From: Planctomycetota bacterium
Lineage (GTDB): Bacteria > Planctomycetota > Planctomycetia > JALXBF01
Length of the DNA stretch: 64,000 nucleotides
Direction: 5' to 3'
Assembly: GCA_026991575.1 (NCBI GenBank)
Contig: JALXBF010000036.1
Span: forward strand, 1 to 64,000
Positions 9,031 through 17,774 of this stretch are shown here, piece by piece; positions within the stretch are counted from its first letter, which is position 1, and every line of letters begins with the position of its first letter. A model generated the notes under the pieces. The model worked only from the letters and a program-made list of their open reading frames with translations, made no database searches and was not told the origin of the DNA. Made by a program: the position numbers and the translations under genes.

Positions 9031-11892
9031 ATGAACCACGCGATCCAAGGATGCACCACAGCCCGAAGCTCACAGCGCGACGGCTGGTTGAGCATCCGTG
9101 GTCTGCGCGTCCATAACCTACGCAACTTCGATCTTGATCTGCCTCTTCGCCGACTCATCCTGATCACGGGCGTCAGTGGTTCGGGCAAGAGCAGCCTGGC
9201 ATTCGACACGCTCTTCGCCGAAGGTCAGCGGCGGTACGTGGAGACGTTCTCCGCGTACACCCGTCAATTCCTGGAACGGATGGATCGGCCTGATGCCGAC
9301 GAGATCACCGGAGTGCCTCCCGCGATTGCAATCCGCCAGCGATTCCGGCGCCACACAGGCCGCTCCACGGTCGGAACGCTCACGGAGGCGGAGGACTATT
9401 TGCGACTGCTGTTTGCGAAACTGGCCAGGGTGTACTGCCTGGACTGCGGCATCCCCGTCCAGAGCTTTCAACCGGAGGCGGTGGTGGACGACCTGCGTCG
9501 CCTGCCGGAGGGCACGAGGGGGATGCTTGTGTTTCGTCGCGTGCGGCTGGGTGACGAGCGTTGGCCGGACGTGGTAACCTCGCTGCGGGAAGCAGGCTTT
9601 GTCCGCGTCATCGTCAACGGGCAGCTGTTCCGGCTGGACGACGCTGCGGTTCTCGAGGCACTGCCGGCGGCTGAGGCAGTGCAGGTGGTCGTGGATCGGT
9701 TCGTGGCCGGCCGTACCGAGGCGGCACGACTACGGGATTCGGTGGAGACGTGCTATGCCGAAGGTGGTGGTGAGCTAGCGGTCTGGTTCCGTTCCTCAGC
9801 CTCGGTGCCACCGTCCGACGGGGTCGGCGTCGCGGAAGCAACCCTGAATGGCGAACGCTGGCAAGTTTGGCGCTACGGTGCACAGTGGCGATGTCATCAG
9901 TGTGGCCGCGAGTACCCGGCGCCAGACCATCGGCTGTTCAGCTCGAACAGCTCTGTCGGAGCCTGTCCCACCTGTCGGGGTTTCGGCGACGTGATCGATC
10001 TGGATGAAAGCAAGGTGGTCCCGGACCCGCGGAAGTCGATCGAAGAAGGGGCCATTGTCCCGTGGACCATGCCGGTCGGGCACAAGAACTTCGTGCAGTT
10101 CCTGCGAGTGGCACGGAACCGCGTACCGTTGGACGTACCCTATGCTGAGCTCTCCGACGAGGCGCGACGCATCATCTGGGACGGCATCCCGTCCAGCCGG
10201 TACCGCGGTCTGCGGAGCTTCTTCCGGCGGCTTGAGTCGGAGCGGTACAAGGTGCATGTGCGTGTGTTCCTGGCCCGCTTTCGCGGCTACCGGCGTTGCC
10301 CGGACTGCGACGGCAAGCGGCTGCGGCCCGAGGCGCTAGCAGCGCGGTTGGGGGGAAAGAACTTCGCCGAGCTGTTGGCAATGCGCGTAGACGAGCTCGT
10401 TGCGTTCCTTCATGAGCAGACGTTTGACGAGCGCGTCCGGCCCGTGGTACGGAGCGTGTTGCCGCAGGTGATGCGTCGGTTGAGACTGCTGCAGGACGTC
10501 GGACTGGGCTATCTGACCCTGGACCGCCCGACGCGGACATTGTCCACCGGTGAGGTGCATCGGGTTGCTCTGACCCGAGCACTCGGCTCCGGACTGGTCA
10601 ACACGATGTATGTGCTGGACGAACCGTCCGTCGGGTTGCACGAACGGGATACCGAACGGTTGTTGCGCGTCGTCCGGGGCCTGTGTGATGAAGGCAACAC
10701 GGTGGTGGTCGTGGAACATGACCTCAAGTTCCTCTCGATCGCAGATCACGTGGTCGATCTCGGACCAGGCGGGGGCATCCACGGCGGCAGGGTCATCTAT
10801 AGCGGTCCCCCGGAGGGGTTGGCCAAGGCGGAGGGGTCGTTGACCGGAGACTTTGTGGCCGGTCGTAAGCGGATCTGGCCGCCAAAGCAACGCCAGCAGC
10901 CGACTGACTGGCTCGTGCTCCGCGGCGCCAGGGGTCATAACCTGAAGAACATCACGGTCGCGTTCCCGCTGGGTGTGCTGTGCGTGGTGACGGGGGTGAG
11001 CGGTTCGGGGAAGAGTTCCCTGGTGCTGGAAACGCTCTGTCCGGCCCTGGCGGCGGAGCTGGGGGAGGCTCAAAAGAGGCCGCTGCCGTACGACGCACTG
11101 GAGGGGGGAGAGGAGTTGGAGAAGCTGGTTCTGGTGGACCAGAATATCGCGAAAACCCGGCGCTCCAACCCGGCGACCTACATCGGTGTCTTCGACGCGA
11201 TCCGGGAGCTGTTTGCCGCCACGCCGGAAGCTTCCATTCGGGGCTACGAGGCGAGCTGCTTCAGCTATAACTCCCCCGCGGGCCGCTGTCCCGCGTGTGA
11301 CGGACTGGGACGGCAGGTGATCGACATGCAGTTCCTGGCCGACATCGTGATGACCTGTCCAGAGTGCGACGGGTCACGGTACAAACCGGACATCCTGCAA
11401 GTTCGCTTTCGGGGCAAGTCGATCGCGGACGTGTTGAACATGAGCGTGCAGGAAGCGCTCCGCTTCTTTGCGGGCTACGACCAGGTGGTTACCGGGCTGG
11501 AAACGCTGGTGCACGTCGGTCTTGAATACCTGACCCTGGGTCAACCGTGTGATACGCTCTCTGGTGGCGAGCTACAGCGGCTGCGGCTGGCCACGTTCCT
11601 GGCGCGGCATCGCCGTCGGCCGACGTTGTTCGTGTTCGACGAGCCCACCAACGGCCTGCACCTGGCCGACCTCCGCCGGCTACTGGCATGCCTTCGGCGT
11701 TTGGTGGAACAAGGCCACAGTGTGATTGTCATTGAGCACAATATGGAACTGATCAAGTGTGCCGATTGGGTGATTGACCTCGGGCCTGAGGCGGCCGAGG
11801 CAGGTGGCCAGGTGGTGGCAAGCGGACCACCGGAGGAGATCGCACGCTGTGAGCAGTCCATCACGGGGCGCTATTTGCGGCAGCACTTGTAG
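9031..11892 (+). CDS. uvrA: Excinuclease ABC subunit A family protein
   Basis: HNLRNFDL; TGVSGSGKSSLAFDTLFAEGQRRYVE; CxxC zinc fingers; second Walker A GVSGSGKSSL; LSGGELQRL; DLGPEA. Start taken at ATG 9031, not the ORF-track 8671, which overlaps murD. Confidence 0.95.
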   Translation: MNHAIQGCTTARSSQRDGWLSIRGLRVHNLRNFDLDLPLRRLILITGVSGSGKSSLAFDTLFAEGQRRYVETFSAYTRQFLERMDRPDADEITGVPPAIAIRQRFRRHTGRSTVGTLTEAEDYLRLLFAKLARVYCLDCGIPVQSFQPEAVVDDLRRLPEGTRGMLVFRRVRLGDERWPDVVTSLREAGFVRVIVNGQLFRLDDAAVLEALPAAEAVQVVVDRFVAGRTEAARLRDSVETCYAEGGGELAVWFRSSASVPPSDGVGVAEATLNGERWQVWRYGAQWRCHQCGREYPAPDHRLFSSNSSVGACPTCRGFGDVIDLDESKVVPDPRKSIEEGAIVPWTMPVGHKNFVQFLRVARNRVPLDVPYAELSDEARRIIWDGIPSSRYRGLRSFFRRLESERYKVHVRVFLARFRGYRRCPDCDGKRLRPEALAARLGGKNFAELLAMRVDELVAFLHEQTFDERVRPVVRSVLPQVMRRLRLLQDVGLGYLTLDRPTRTLSTGEVHRVALTRALGSGLVNTMYVLDEPSVGLHERDTERLLRVVRGLCDEGNTVVVVEHDLKFLSIADHVVDLGPGGGIHGGRVIYSGPPEGLAKAEGSLTGDFVAGRKRIWPPKQRQQPTDWLVLRGARGHNLKNITVAFPLGVLCVVTGVSGSGKSSLVLETLCPALAAELGEAQKRPLPYDALEGGEELEKLVLVDQNIAKTRRSNPATYIGVFDAIRELFAATPEASIRGYEASCFSYNSPAGRCPACDGLGRQVIDMQFLADIVMTCPECDGSRYKPDILQVRFRGKSIADVLNMSVQEALRFFAGYDQVVTGLETLVHVGLEYLTLGQPCDTLSGGELQRLRLATFLARHRRRPTLFVFDEPTNGLHLADLRRLLACLRRLVEQGHSVIVIEHNMELIKCADWVIDLGPEAAEAGGQVVASGPPEEIARCEQSITGRYLRQHL

Positions 11893-11968
11893 GCGGGCCG
11901 GATCGATCGCGTCATGCCTGCTGCGCCGCCTGCAACGCTTGCGTCAACCACCGTCGGCCGGGCAGCGC

Positions 11969-11996
11969 TACATCGCCTGGCCCGCGCCGCCGATAA
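11969..11996 (+). promoter_or_regulatory. Putative sigma28 (FliA/SigD)-type promoter upstream of csrA
   Basis: TACA (11969-11972), N16, then a perfect GCCGATAA (11989-11996). Confidence 0.5.
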
Positions 11997-12119
11997 CCGT
12001 AGACGGACGCCTGGGCGGCTGCCCCCCGGTTCGTACGCACTGGCTGTATCGCCTGGTGCGAAGTTGCCGGCGGTTGTGAAAATGGGACAACTGAAAAGGA
12101 CAAGACCTCTAGGAAGATA

Positions 12120-12128
12120 TGGTAAAAT
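12120..12128 (+). promoter_or_regulatory. Putative extended -10 sigma70 promoter upstream of csrA
   Basis: TGgTAAAAT in an A-rich patch about 160 nt before the csrA ATG. Confidence 0.5.
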
Positions 12129-12288
12129 TGGGTGGCAGCAGCAACAGGACTCGGTGGGATGGGATGGCCGATCGTGCGAGGTGGCGGACATCAACGGCTA
12201 GGCCGCGGGCTGCTCGGCCCTGGCGCCACGCCGGGCGCTGCCGTTAGGTCGCCGAGGCCCGGGCTACAAACTGGAAGGAGCCCCAGAC

Positions 12289-12591
12289 ATGCTGGTGCTA
12301 TCGCGACACAGAGACGAAAAGATCATCATCGGCGATAACATCATCGTCACCGTGGTCGACATCCGCAGAGACCGCGTCCGGTTGGGCATCACCGCGCCAG
12401 CCCACATCCCCGTGCATCGCGAAGAGGTCTACGAAGCCATCCAGCGGGAACAGCGTGAAGCAGCACGGCGGCGCAAGAAGGAAGCAGAAGAGGCCGGTGC
12501 TGAGAGCACGGGCGAGGCCGAGCAGGCTGCCGAGACCGAGCCGGCCGGCGATCAGGAACAAAGCGACCAGCAACAGCAAGAGAGTTCCTGA
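12289..12591 (+). CDS. csrA: Carbon storage regulator CsrA with an acidic C-terminal extension
   Basis: MLVLSRHRDEKIIIGDNIIVTVVDIRRDRVRLGITAPAHIPVHREEVY; GGAAGGAG SD. Confidence 0.96.
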   Translation: MLVLSRHRDEKIIIGDNIIVTVVDIRRDRVRLGITAPAHIPVHREEVYEAIQREQREAARRRKKEAEEAGAESTGEAEQAAETEPAGDQEQSDQQQQESS

Positions 12592-12656
12592 GCCCGCACC
12601 GGCCGTCCGCTCTGACGCCGCCTCGGTCATCAAGTAGCCACGTATTCACACCCACC

Positions 12657-12681
12657 ACGGCCAGGGCACTGCCCTGGCCGT
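12657..12681. terminator. GC-rich hairpin between convergent csrA and rpoN
   Basis: acggccagggc-act-gccctggccgt, a perfect 11-bp stem with a weak U tract. Confidence 0.5.
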
Positions 12682-12843
12682 TCGAGGTTTCAGCAACCGG
12701 ACACTCTTGCAACCCAGTCACACCGGGAACACCACCCCAAACTGGCGCGCGTACACGCCGGCGCTACTGAGGGCGCTCGATATGAGCGACCGGTCCATCA
12801 TCGCCACGGTAGGCACGCAAGAGTGGTGTCTGTGAGCTTCACT

Positions 12844-14310
12844 TCAGTACTGCCGGCGGAGCCGCGAACTGGGAATGCCCAGCGCTTTGCGGTACTTGGT
12901 CACCGTGCGCCGGGCGATGTGGATGCCCTCTTCTTCTAGCTTCGCCTTGATCTGGTCGTCGTTCAGTGGATTCTTCTTGTCCTCGTTCTCGATGATCTCG
13001 AGTAGCTTCCGCTTGATGACCTCAAAGGCCACCTCCTCCCCGCTGTCGGTCACCGTGCCGCTGCCAAAGAACCGCTTCAGCGGCAGGATCCCCTGCGGCG
13101 TCTGAATCCACTTCTCGTCGACTGCTCGGCTGACCGTCGTGACGTGCACGCCGACCTTCTCGGCGATGTCTTGCATCTTCAGCGGGTGCAGATACTCAGG
13201 GCCTTTGTCCAGGAAGTCCTTCTGGTAGTCCACGATTGCCTGAGCCACTTTACGCAGCGTGTTCTTGCGCTGCTGAATGGAGTCGATTAGCCAGCGTGCC
13301 GACTGGATCTTCCGCTGGATGAACTGCTTGGTACGTTCGTCCAGGTTCGGGTCCCGCAACAACCGTTGATACCGCCTGCTGATGGCAAGCTGCGGCGTGT
13401 GGTCATCGTGTAGCCGGACGACGTAGTTACCCTCCTCGTCTTTCTCCACAATCACGTCCGGTACGACGTAGGGCGCCTCTTCCGGCGTGAACTGTGCACC
13501 CGGGTGGGGGGTCAGGTGCTGCAGCGTCTTGAGCGCTTCCTTGATCTCTTCGATCGGAATCCCGCTCTTGCGTTCGATCTGCGGCAGCCGGTTCTGTTCG
13601 AGGTCGTCCAGGTAGTGCTCAAGGAGGATCTTGAGCGTCTTGTAGTGGGGCATTTCGGGCCGCAGTTGCAACAGCAGGCATTCTTGGAGCGATCGGGCGC
13701 CCACGCCCGGTGGATCCAGCCGCTGGACGAGACGCAGCGCCTCTTCGAGCTCCTCGACGGTTGTCTCCTCTGGCGCGTTCGGCACCAGCTCCGCCAGCGG
13801 CACCCGCAAGTAGCCATCGTCGTCGAGGTTGTAGATCAAGTACCGGGCAAGCGACTTGAGCCGTTCGGGGGCATCGAGGAACGCGAGCTGGTGATCGAGG
13901 TACTCCTGGAGGGTTTCCGGCCGGGAGGGCATGTTCTGCATCGCGTCATGCTTACGTTCGCCTGCTTCCTCGATCGCCCCGCGTGAGATGGTCGGCCGGT
14001 AGTCGTCGTCCTCTTCTGGCCAGCCCTCATCGGTTAGTTTGGCCAGCATGTCGAGTTGCTCTTCGGAAAGCTCTTCTTCGCCACCGCCGGAGTCGGCGTC
14101 CTCGGGCAATCCGGTCAGTTCCTCGGCTGTGGCCGGCTCATCGACGCCGAATTCCGGGTCCACGAGGGCCGGGTTCTCGTCCAGCTCCTGAGCGATCCGC
14201 TCCTGCAGGGCCATGATCGGCAGCTGCAGGATTTCCATGGACTGGATCATCTTCGGCGCCAATTTCAGGCGCATCTCTTGTCGCAGGTGAGGTGATTGTT
14301 CTAGACGCAT
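12844..14310 (-). CDS. rpoN: RNA polymerase sigma-54 factor
   Basis: MIQSMEILQLP region I; LDPPGVGARSLQECLLLQL; HVTTVSRAV HTH; RpoN box ARRTVTKYR. Confidence 0.97.
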   Translation of the reverse strand: MRLEQSPHLRQEMRLKLAPKMIQSMEILQLPIMALQERIAQELDENPALVDPEFGVDEPATAEELTGLPEDADSGGGEEELSEEQLDMLAKLTDEGWPEEDDDYRPTISRGAIEEAGERKHDAMQNMPSRPETLQEYLDHQLAFLDAPERLKSLARYLIYNLDDDGYLRVPLAELVPNAPEETTVEELEEALRLVQRLDPPGVGARSLQECLLLQLRPEMPHYKTLKILLEHYLDDLEQNRLPQIERKSGIPIEEIKEALKTLQHLTPHPGAQFTPEEAPYVVPDVIVEKDEEGNYVVRLHDDHTPQLAISRRYQRLLRDPNLDERTKQFIQRKIQSARWLIDSIQQRKNTLRKVAQAIVDYQKDFLDKGPEYLHPLKMQDIAEKVGVHVTTVSRAVDEKWIQTPQGILPLKRFFGSGTVTDSGEEVAFEVIKRKLLEIIENEDKKNPLNDDQIKAKLEEEGIHIARRTVTKYRKALGIPSSRLRRQY

Positions 14311-14498
14311 TGTCATGCCTCGGTCACGTGTTCGTCCCGGCCACGCATGCACCTATGCGCGCTGCGCCCGGTCCTGCGCCTGCCCTCATGGTGTGGCGGT
14401 CTGTTCAATTCTAGCGTGCTTCATTGCGCTGCGCCCGGCGATCGATCCTGGCGTCCGTCGCAGTGTCGTGCCCGCCTTGCCCCCGGGTGCCGCACCTC

Positions 14499-14528
14499 TT
14501 GTCCCATTAAGCCGTCGCACCGTATCCT
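14499..14528 (+). promoter_or_regulatory. Putative sigma70 promoter of the SRP RNA/dnaX operon
   Basis: TTGTCC (14499-14504), N18, TATCCT (14523-14528), placing +1 at about 14534-14535, the predicted RNA 5' end. Confidence 0.6.
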
Positions 14529-14533
14529 TAGCT

Positions 14534-14810
14534 GGCAGGCCGCGCTAGGCGGGGAGCTAGCGGTTCCCTGTACCGGCAACCCGCTACAGCCGGGCTGAAT
14601 TCCGGCTCCGAGGGGTTTCGAAGCCGTGCGCCGGCCTGGTAAGGAGCGATGACGGAGGGGACCCGCGCAAAGGGGGCCTGTGAACCGGGTCAGGTGGGGA
14701 ACCAAGCAGCCCTAAGCAGCGTACCCCTTGTGCTGCGGGCCAACCTCTCCCGAGCCACCTGCCAGGCCGTGCCGCGACGAGAACCTCGACGAGCCGGTGC
14801 GCGGCCTGCC
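14534..14810 (+). ncRNA. ffs: Large (Alu-domain-containing) bacterial signal recognition particle RNA
   Basis: Perfect 12-bp terminal helix (ggcaggccgcgc 14534-14545 / gcgcggcctgcc 14799-14810) followed by TTTT. Alu-like ggggagctagcggttccctgtaccggcaacccgctacagccgg. S-domain gtcaggtgg-GGAA-ccaagcagc (14689-14710). Located directly upstream of dnaX. Confidence 0.93.
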
Positions 14811-14845
14811 TTTTCCGTTGAGCAACTCCAGATGGCAGGCCAGCC

Positions 14846-16558
14846 ATGGCGCGCAAACGGGGCAACCATTCAACCGCACCGCAACAACCCGCCCACGGCT
14901 ACACCGTTCTGGCCCGCCGCTACCGGCCTCAGCGGTTCGACGAGGTGGTCGGCCAGCAGGCAATCGCTCAGGCCCTCCAAGGCGCCATTCGCGCAGGCCG
15001 CGTTGGGCACGCTTACCTGTTCGCCGGCCCACGCGGTGTCGGCAAAACCACCATGGCCCGTATCTTCGCCCGCGCACTCAACTGCGCCACAGGCCCCACG
15101 ACCGAACCCTGCGGCCGCTGCGATAGCTGCCGGGCAATCGCCACGGGCGAAGACATCGACGTGCTCGAAATCGACGGCGCGTCGAACCGCGGTATCGACG
15201 AAGTGCGCGAGTTGCGTCAGAACGCCTACTACCGGCCAAGCCGCTCCCGGTACAAGATCTACATCATCGACGAAGTCCACATGCTCACACGTGAGGCGTT
15301 CAACGCCCTGCTAAAGATCCTGGAAGAGCCCCCGGCGCACGTAAAGTTCATCTTTGCTACGACTGACCCCCAGAAGATTCCCCCCACGATCCTGTCGCGC
15401 TGCCAGCGGTACGACTTCTCCGGCATCCCGCCCGACCAGATGCGGTCCAAGCTGGCCGAGATCCTCAAGCAGGAGCAGGTTACTGTCACGGACACCGCCC
15501 TGGAGCTGGTCATTCGCCGAGCCGCCGGTTCCATGCGCGACGCGCTCTCGCTCCTGGACCAGCTGCTTTCGTTTGGCGGCAAGAAGATCGATGAGAAGCT
15601 TGTGCACAGCCTACTGGGCACGCTTCCCGAGGATCGGCTAGCGAAACTGGTCGATGACATCGCGCGCCGCGATGGTCGCGCCCTGCTGGAAGCGCTCGAT
15701 GAAATCGAACAACAAGGCGTTCGCCCGGAGGAACTGATCAGCCAGCTTCTGGAGTACTTCCGCGATCTGGCCGCCATCAAAGTAGCCGGACCCGACGCGC
15801 CGCTGGCCTACCTGAGCCCGTCGCTGAGAAGCACTCTGGTGCAGCAGGCGGAACGGTTCGGGCTGGAGAACGTGCTGGCCGCCGGGGACATCCTCATCGA
15901 AGCCCGCGCCCGCCTGCGAACCAGCCAGCTAGGCCGCACCGTCACCGAACTGGCCCTCCTGCGACTGGCCACCCTAGAAGACCTCCGCAAGCTCGCCTCG
16001 CTGGTCACTGCGCTGGAAGCCGGCGAGCTATCCAGCCACACGCCAAGGCCGGCTTCGCCGCCCGAGCCGGCAGCGCCGGCACCGACCGGCACGGCCTCAA
16101 CCAGCCCGGGCGGCATAAAAAAAAACGTTAGCCTGAGTCCGACTGCCGAGTCTCCCGCACCGCCGCCCGACACGCAGTGCGATCCTGGCACCAGCCCAGA
16201 CCCGCCCGGCGACTGGGAGACGCTTGTCGAAGATCTGCGCCAGGAGCTCTCCCCGTTGCTTGCTGTCGCCCTGGAGCAGTCGCGTGCTGAGTGGGGTAAC
16301 GGTCAGCTGCGCGTAACGCTGGGCGCCACAACGCTGACCGAGACACGGCTCCGTGAACTGGAGGAAGCCATCCAGGCCCGACTACCACGCGGCTGGCGTG
16401 TCCGTCTAGAGCTTGCGCCTCGCCGGCAGACAGCAAATGCCCAGGAAAACCTGCGGCAGGAAGCCGCCCGTGACCCGGCCGTGCGCGGCTTGCAGCAGCG
16501 CTTTGGCGCACGCATCATCAACGTGGAACCCAACGCCCATGGGCCGAGCTCAGGGTGA
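14846..16558 (+). CDS. dnaX: DNA polymerase III subunits tau/gamma
   Basis: LARRYRPQRFDEVVGQ; HAYLFAGPRGVGKTT; EIDGASNRGIDEVR; IIDEVHML; TILSRCQ; GSMRDALSLLDQ. Confidence 0.97.
   Translation: MARKRGNHSTAPQQPAHGYTVLARRYRPQRFDEVVGQQAIAQALQGAIRAGRVGHAYLFAGPRGVGKTTMARIFARALNCATGPTTEPCGRCDSCRAIATGEDIDVLEIDGASNRGIDEVRELRQNAYYRPSRSRYKIYIIDEVHMLTREAFNALLKILEEPPAHVKFIFATTDPQKIPPTILSRCQRYDFSGIPPDQMRSKLAEILKQEQVTVTDTALELVIRRAAGSMRDALSLLDQLLSFGGKKIDEKLVHSLLGTLPEDRLAKLVDDIARRDGRALLEALDEIEQQGVRPEELISQLLEYFRDLAAIKVAGPDAPLAYLSPSLRSTLVQQAERFGLENVLAAGDILIEARARLRTSQLGRTVTELALLRLATLEDLRKLASLVTALEAGELSSHTPRPASPPEPAAPAPTGTASTSPGGIKKNVSLSPTAESPAPPPDTQCDPGTSPDPPGDWETLVEDLRQELSPLLAVALEQSRAEWGNGQLRVTLGATTLTETRLRELEEAIQARLPRGWRVRLELAPRRQTANAQENLRQEAARDPAVRGLQQRFGARIINVEPNAHGPSSG
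16117..16136 (+). other. A9 slippage/frameshift site in dnaX with stops in both shifted frames
   Basis: ATAAAAAAAAACGTTAGCCTGA: nine A at 16117-16125; TAG at 16129-16131 (-1 frame) and TGA at 16134-16136 (+1 frame). Confidence 0.8.
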
Positions 16559-16583
16559 TCAGACCGCCCGGGGAGCAGTACCG

Positions 16584-16904
16584 ATGTTTGAGAAGCTGAA
16601 AGGCATGTTCGCGCAGCTCGGCCAGCTACAGAGTCTGCTTGGGCTTGCCGACCATCTGCGTGCTGAGTTGGCAGCCAAACGGCTGACGGCCGCCTCCGCC
16701 AGCGGAGCGGTCCGCATCGAAATCACGGGCGACGGTAAGGTACTGGGCGTGAGGATCGCTGAGGAGTTGGTGCAGCAGGCCGACCGCGACACGCTGGAGC
16801 GGGAGGTCTGTGAGGCGATCACGTCGCTTCTGTGCCAGCAGAAGGAACTGCTGCAGCAGACGATGATGGGGGCTGTGTCTCGGCTGATGGAAACCAGCCG
16901 CTAG
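16584..16904 (+). CDS. ybaB: YbaB/EbfC family nucleoid-associated protein
   Basis: Lies between dnaX and recR; TAASASGAVRIEITGDGKVLGVRI...DRDTLEREV; ATG at 16584 after GGGGAG. Confidence 0.85.
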   Translation: MFEKLKGMFAQLGQLQSLLGLADHLRAELAAKRLTAASASGAVRIEITGDGKVLGVRIAEELVQQADRDTLEREVCEAITSLLCQQKELLQQTMMGAVSRLMETSR

Positions 16905-16946
16905 CCGGTTTGGCCCGGTGTCGGCAGCGTCAGTGGGACGCGCGCG

Positions 16947-17615
16947 ATGGCTCAGTACAGCGAAGCGATCCAGAGACTCATCGAGCAACTTACGCGGCTA
17001 CCCGGCATCGGCACGCGTACGGCGGAGCGGTTGGCCCTGCACCTGGTGAATCACCCCGAACAGGCGCGCCAGCTGGCCGACTCCGTGCGTCAGGTTGGCG
17101 AGCAGATTCGGCGTTGCCGCCGGTGCTACAACCTGACAGAAAGTCATGACTTGTGTGGTATCTGTGCCGACGCCGGCCGTGACCAGCGGCTGCTCTGTGT
17201 GGTGGAACAGCCGCGTGATCTGGTCGCCATCGAGTCGGCCGGCGTCTATCGTGGCCTGTACCACGTGCTCGGAGGCAGGATCGCACCGCTGGATGGGGTT
17301 GGACCGGAAGCGTTGACGATCGAGGCGCTGGTGCGGCGCGTACGCACCGAGCGTCCCCGCGAAGTGATCATCGCAACGAGCCCGACGACCGAAGGGGATA
17401 CAACGGCCGCTTACCTGGTGCAGCTGCTGGAACCGTGCGGCGTGCACCTGACTAGGCTGGCCCGAGGGGTGGTGCCGGGTAGCACGCTAGAGATTGCCAC
17501 GCCCGAGATGCTGGCCAGCGCGATCCGGGACCGACGCGCGATTGAATCGGTCAGTGCGGCTGGGGGAAAAAAGAAACGTGATGCGGGCGGCGAAGAAACC
17601 GGTGGTTCGCTCTAG
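16947..17615 (+). CDS. recR: Recombination mediator RecR
   Basis: LPGIGTRTAERLA HhH; CxxC...CxxC; CVVEQPRD; YHVLGG; Toprim region EVIIATSPTTEGDTTA. Confidence 0.96.
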   Translation: MAQYSEAIQRLIEQLTRLPGIGTRTAERLALHLVNHPEQARQLADSVRQVGEQIRRCRRCYNLTESHDLCGICADAGRDQRLLCVVEQPRDLVAIESAGVYRGLYHVLGGRIAPLDGVGPEALTIEALVRRVRTERPREVIIATSPTTEGDTTAAYLVQLLEPCGVHLTRLARGVVPGSTLEIATPEMLASAIRDRRAIESVSAAGGKKKRDAGGEETGGSL

Positions 17616-17774
17616 CGGTATACAATCGGTAATGGTGTTCCCATCCCTTGTGCAGCAAGCCGGCTAGCCGGGCGGGATCGCCCAGGTGCCTGCCCCGTCC
17701 TCCCATCGCGTGCCGGGAACTGCTGGTTGATGTGGTGGTCCCGCGGGGATCGGCCACAGGGCCGGGGAGCAAGT

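Noticed and set aside
17566..17577. A-rich run GAAAAAAGAAA at the end of recR as a second slippage site
   Set aside because: It is only A6, in a non-conserved C-terminal tail a few codons before the stop, with no evident alternative product.
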